A stretch of 64,000 bases of DNA from Vicugna vicugna (taxonomy: Eukaryota), in the NCBI GenBank assembly GCA_013265495.1, contig MU057887.1, positions 259,985-323,984 on the forward strand, in the 5' to 3' direction. Below, piece by piece: positions 63,520 to 64,000 of the stretch. Numbering within the stretch: position 1 is the first letter of the stretch; every line of letters begins with the position of its first letter. The notes beneath the pieces were generated by a model. It was not told where the DNA came from. It worked only from the letters and a program-made list of their open reading frames with translations, and did not search any database. A program made the position numbers and the translations under genes.

Positions 63520-64000
63520 AAAAGCAAAGACTTATGAGTAAATAGCTCCAGAAGAGGACGCTCAGGTGGCCAGTGCACGTAGAAAAGAGATGCTCAACTT
63601 CACTGATAATTAAGGAATCTGCAAAGATGTGACATTAATCCGAGTGCAGACTGCTTAGTCTGAAAGCACCAGAGAATGTGGGGAACAGACACTGCAGGCC
63701 CGTAAACGGGCTCTGGGCAACGCGGGATCATGTCGCAGCTGCAGGTCTGAGTGCCCTCCAGTCCAGCAGTGCCACCCACGAGAGTGCACCTGCTCCCAAG
63801 GGACATGAGAAGGACGGTGACTGCAGCGCCATTCCCACGCTCCCGAGAAAAGAGGTCTGACTCTCTGAGGTGCAGTCCATCGCGTGGCGGAATACTGCAG
63901 AGCAGTTTGGACAAGTGGCCTGCGTCGCACGCATCCCATGGACGGTCCTCTGAGCAAGCTCAGTGAAGAACGCAAGTTACAGAATGATGGGTAACAGGGA
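63520..64000 (+). mobile_element. Old, GC-shifted L1M ORF2-end fragment
   Basis: aaaagagatgctcaacttcactgataattaaggaa ... gagaatgtggggaacag; strongly diverged further on. Confidence 0.65.

Noticed and set aside
3000..64000. NUP50 or other protein-coding exons
   Set aside because: No second CpG-island promoter and no recognisable coding exon. Small non-coding exons cannot be excluded from sequence alone.

Overview
Mammalian genomic DNA, most likely camelid. It carries four tRNA-Ala-derived SINEs of the camelid Vic-1 type, and I saw no Alu, BovB/Bov-A or PRE1 elements. The first ~2.9 kb is a CpG island holding the 5' end of PHF21B on the minus strand: coding exon 1 (2024-2077, MELQSRPEALSVELARHQ), coding exon 2 (1112-1177, NGDLKKQLHERQTRIAALSDKQ) and a candidate alternative first coding exon (1347-1364, MRRQPQ). 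The rest of the gene lies left of the window. The remaining ~61 kb is GC-rich intergenic DNA upstream of PHF21B (in human, from memory, the 22q13.31 interval towards NUP50). It contains L1, L2, MIR, MLT1/MaLR, ERV solo LTRs, hAT MER elements, SINEs and a 33-bp minisatellite. I see no other protein-coding gene, and the long ORFs in the track look like GC-rich noise or repeat read-through. I cannot support a new enzymatic or prokaryote-type system here. The best leads are four. (1) The MRRQPQ exon looks like the relic of the internal KLVAQMKQDPQ exon of the paralog PHF21A, reused as a start exon. (2) A solo LTR with five CCAAT boxes, an octamer and a TATA box points at PHF21B from ~3 kb upstream. 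(3) An L1 3' transduction sits at 37339-38281. (4) Two L1 3' ends lie inside one perfect target-site duplication (TSD). Gene and repeat family names come from remembered sequences, not database searches.
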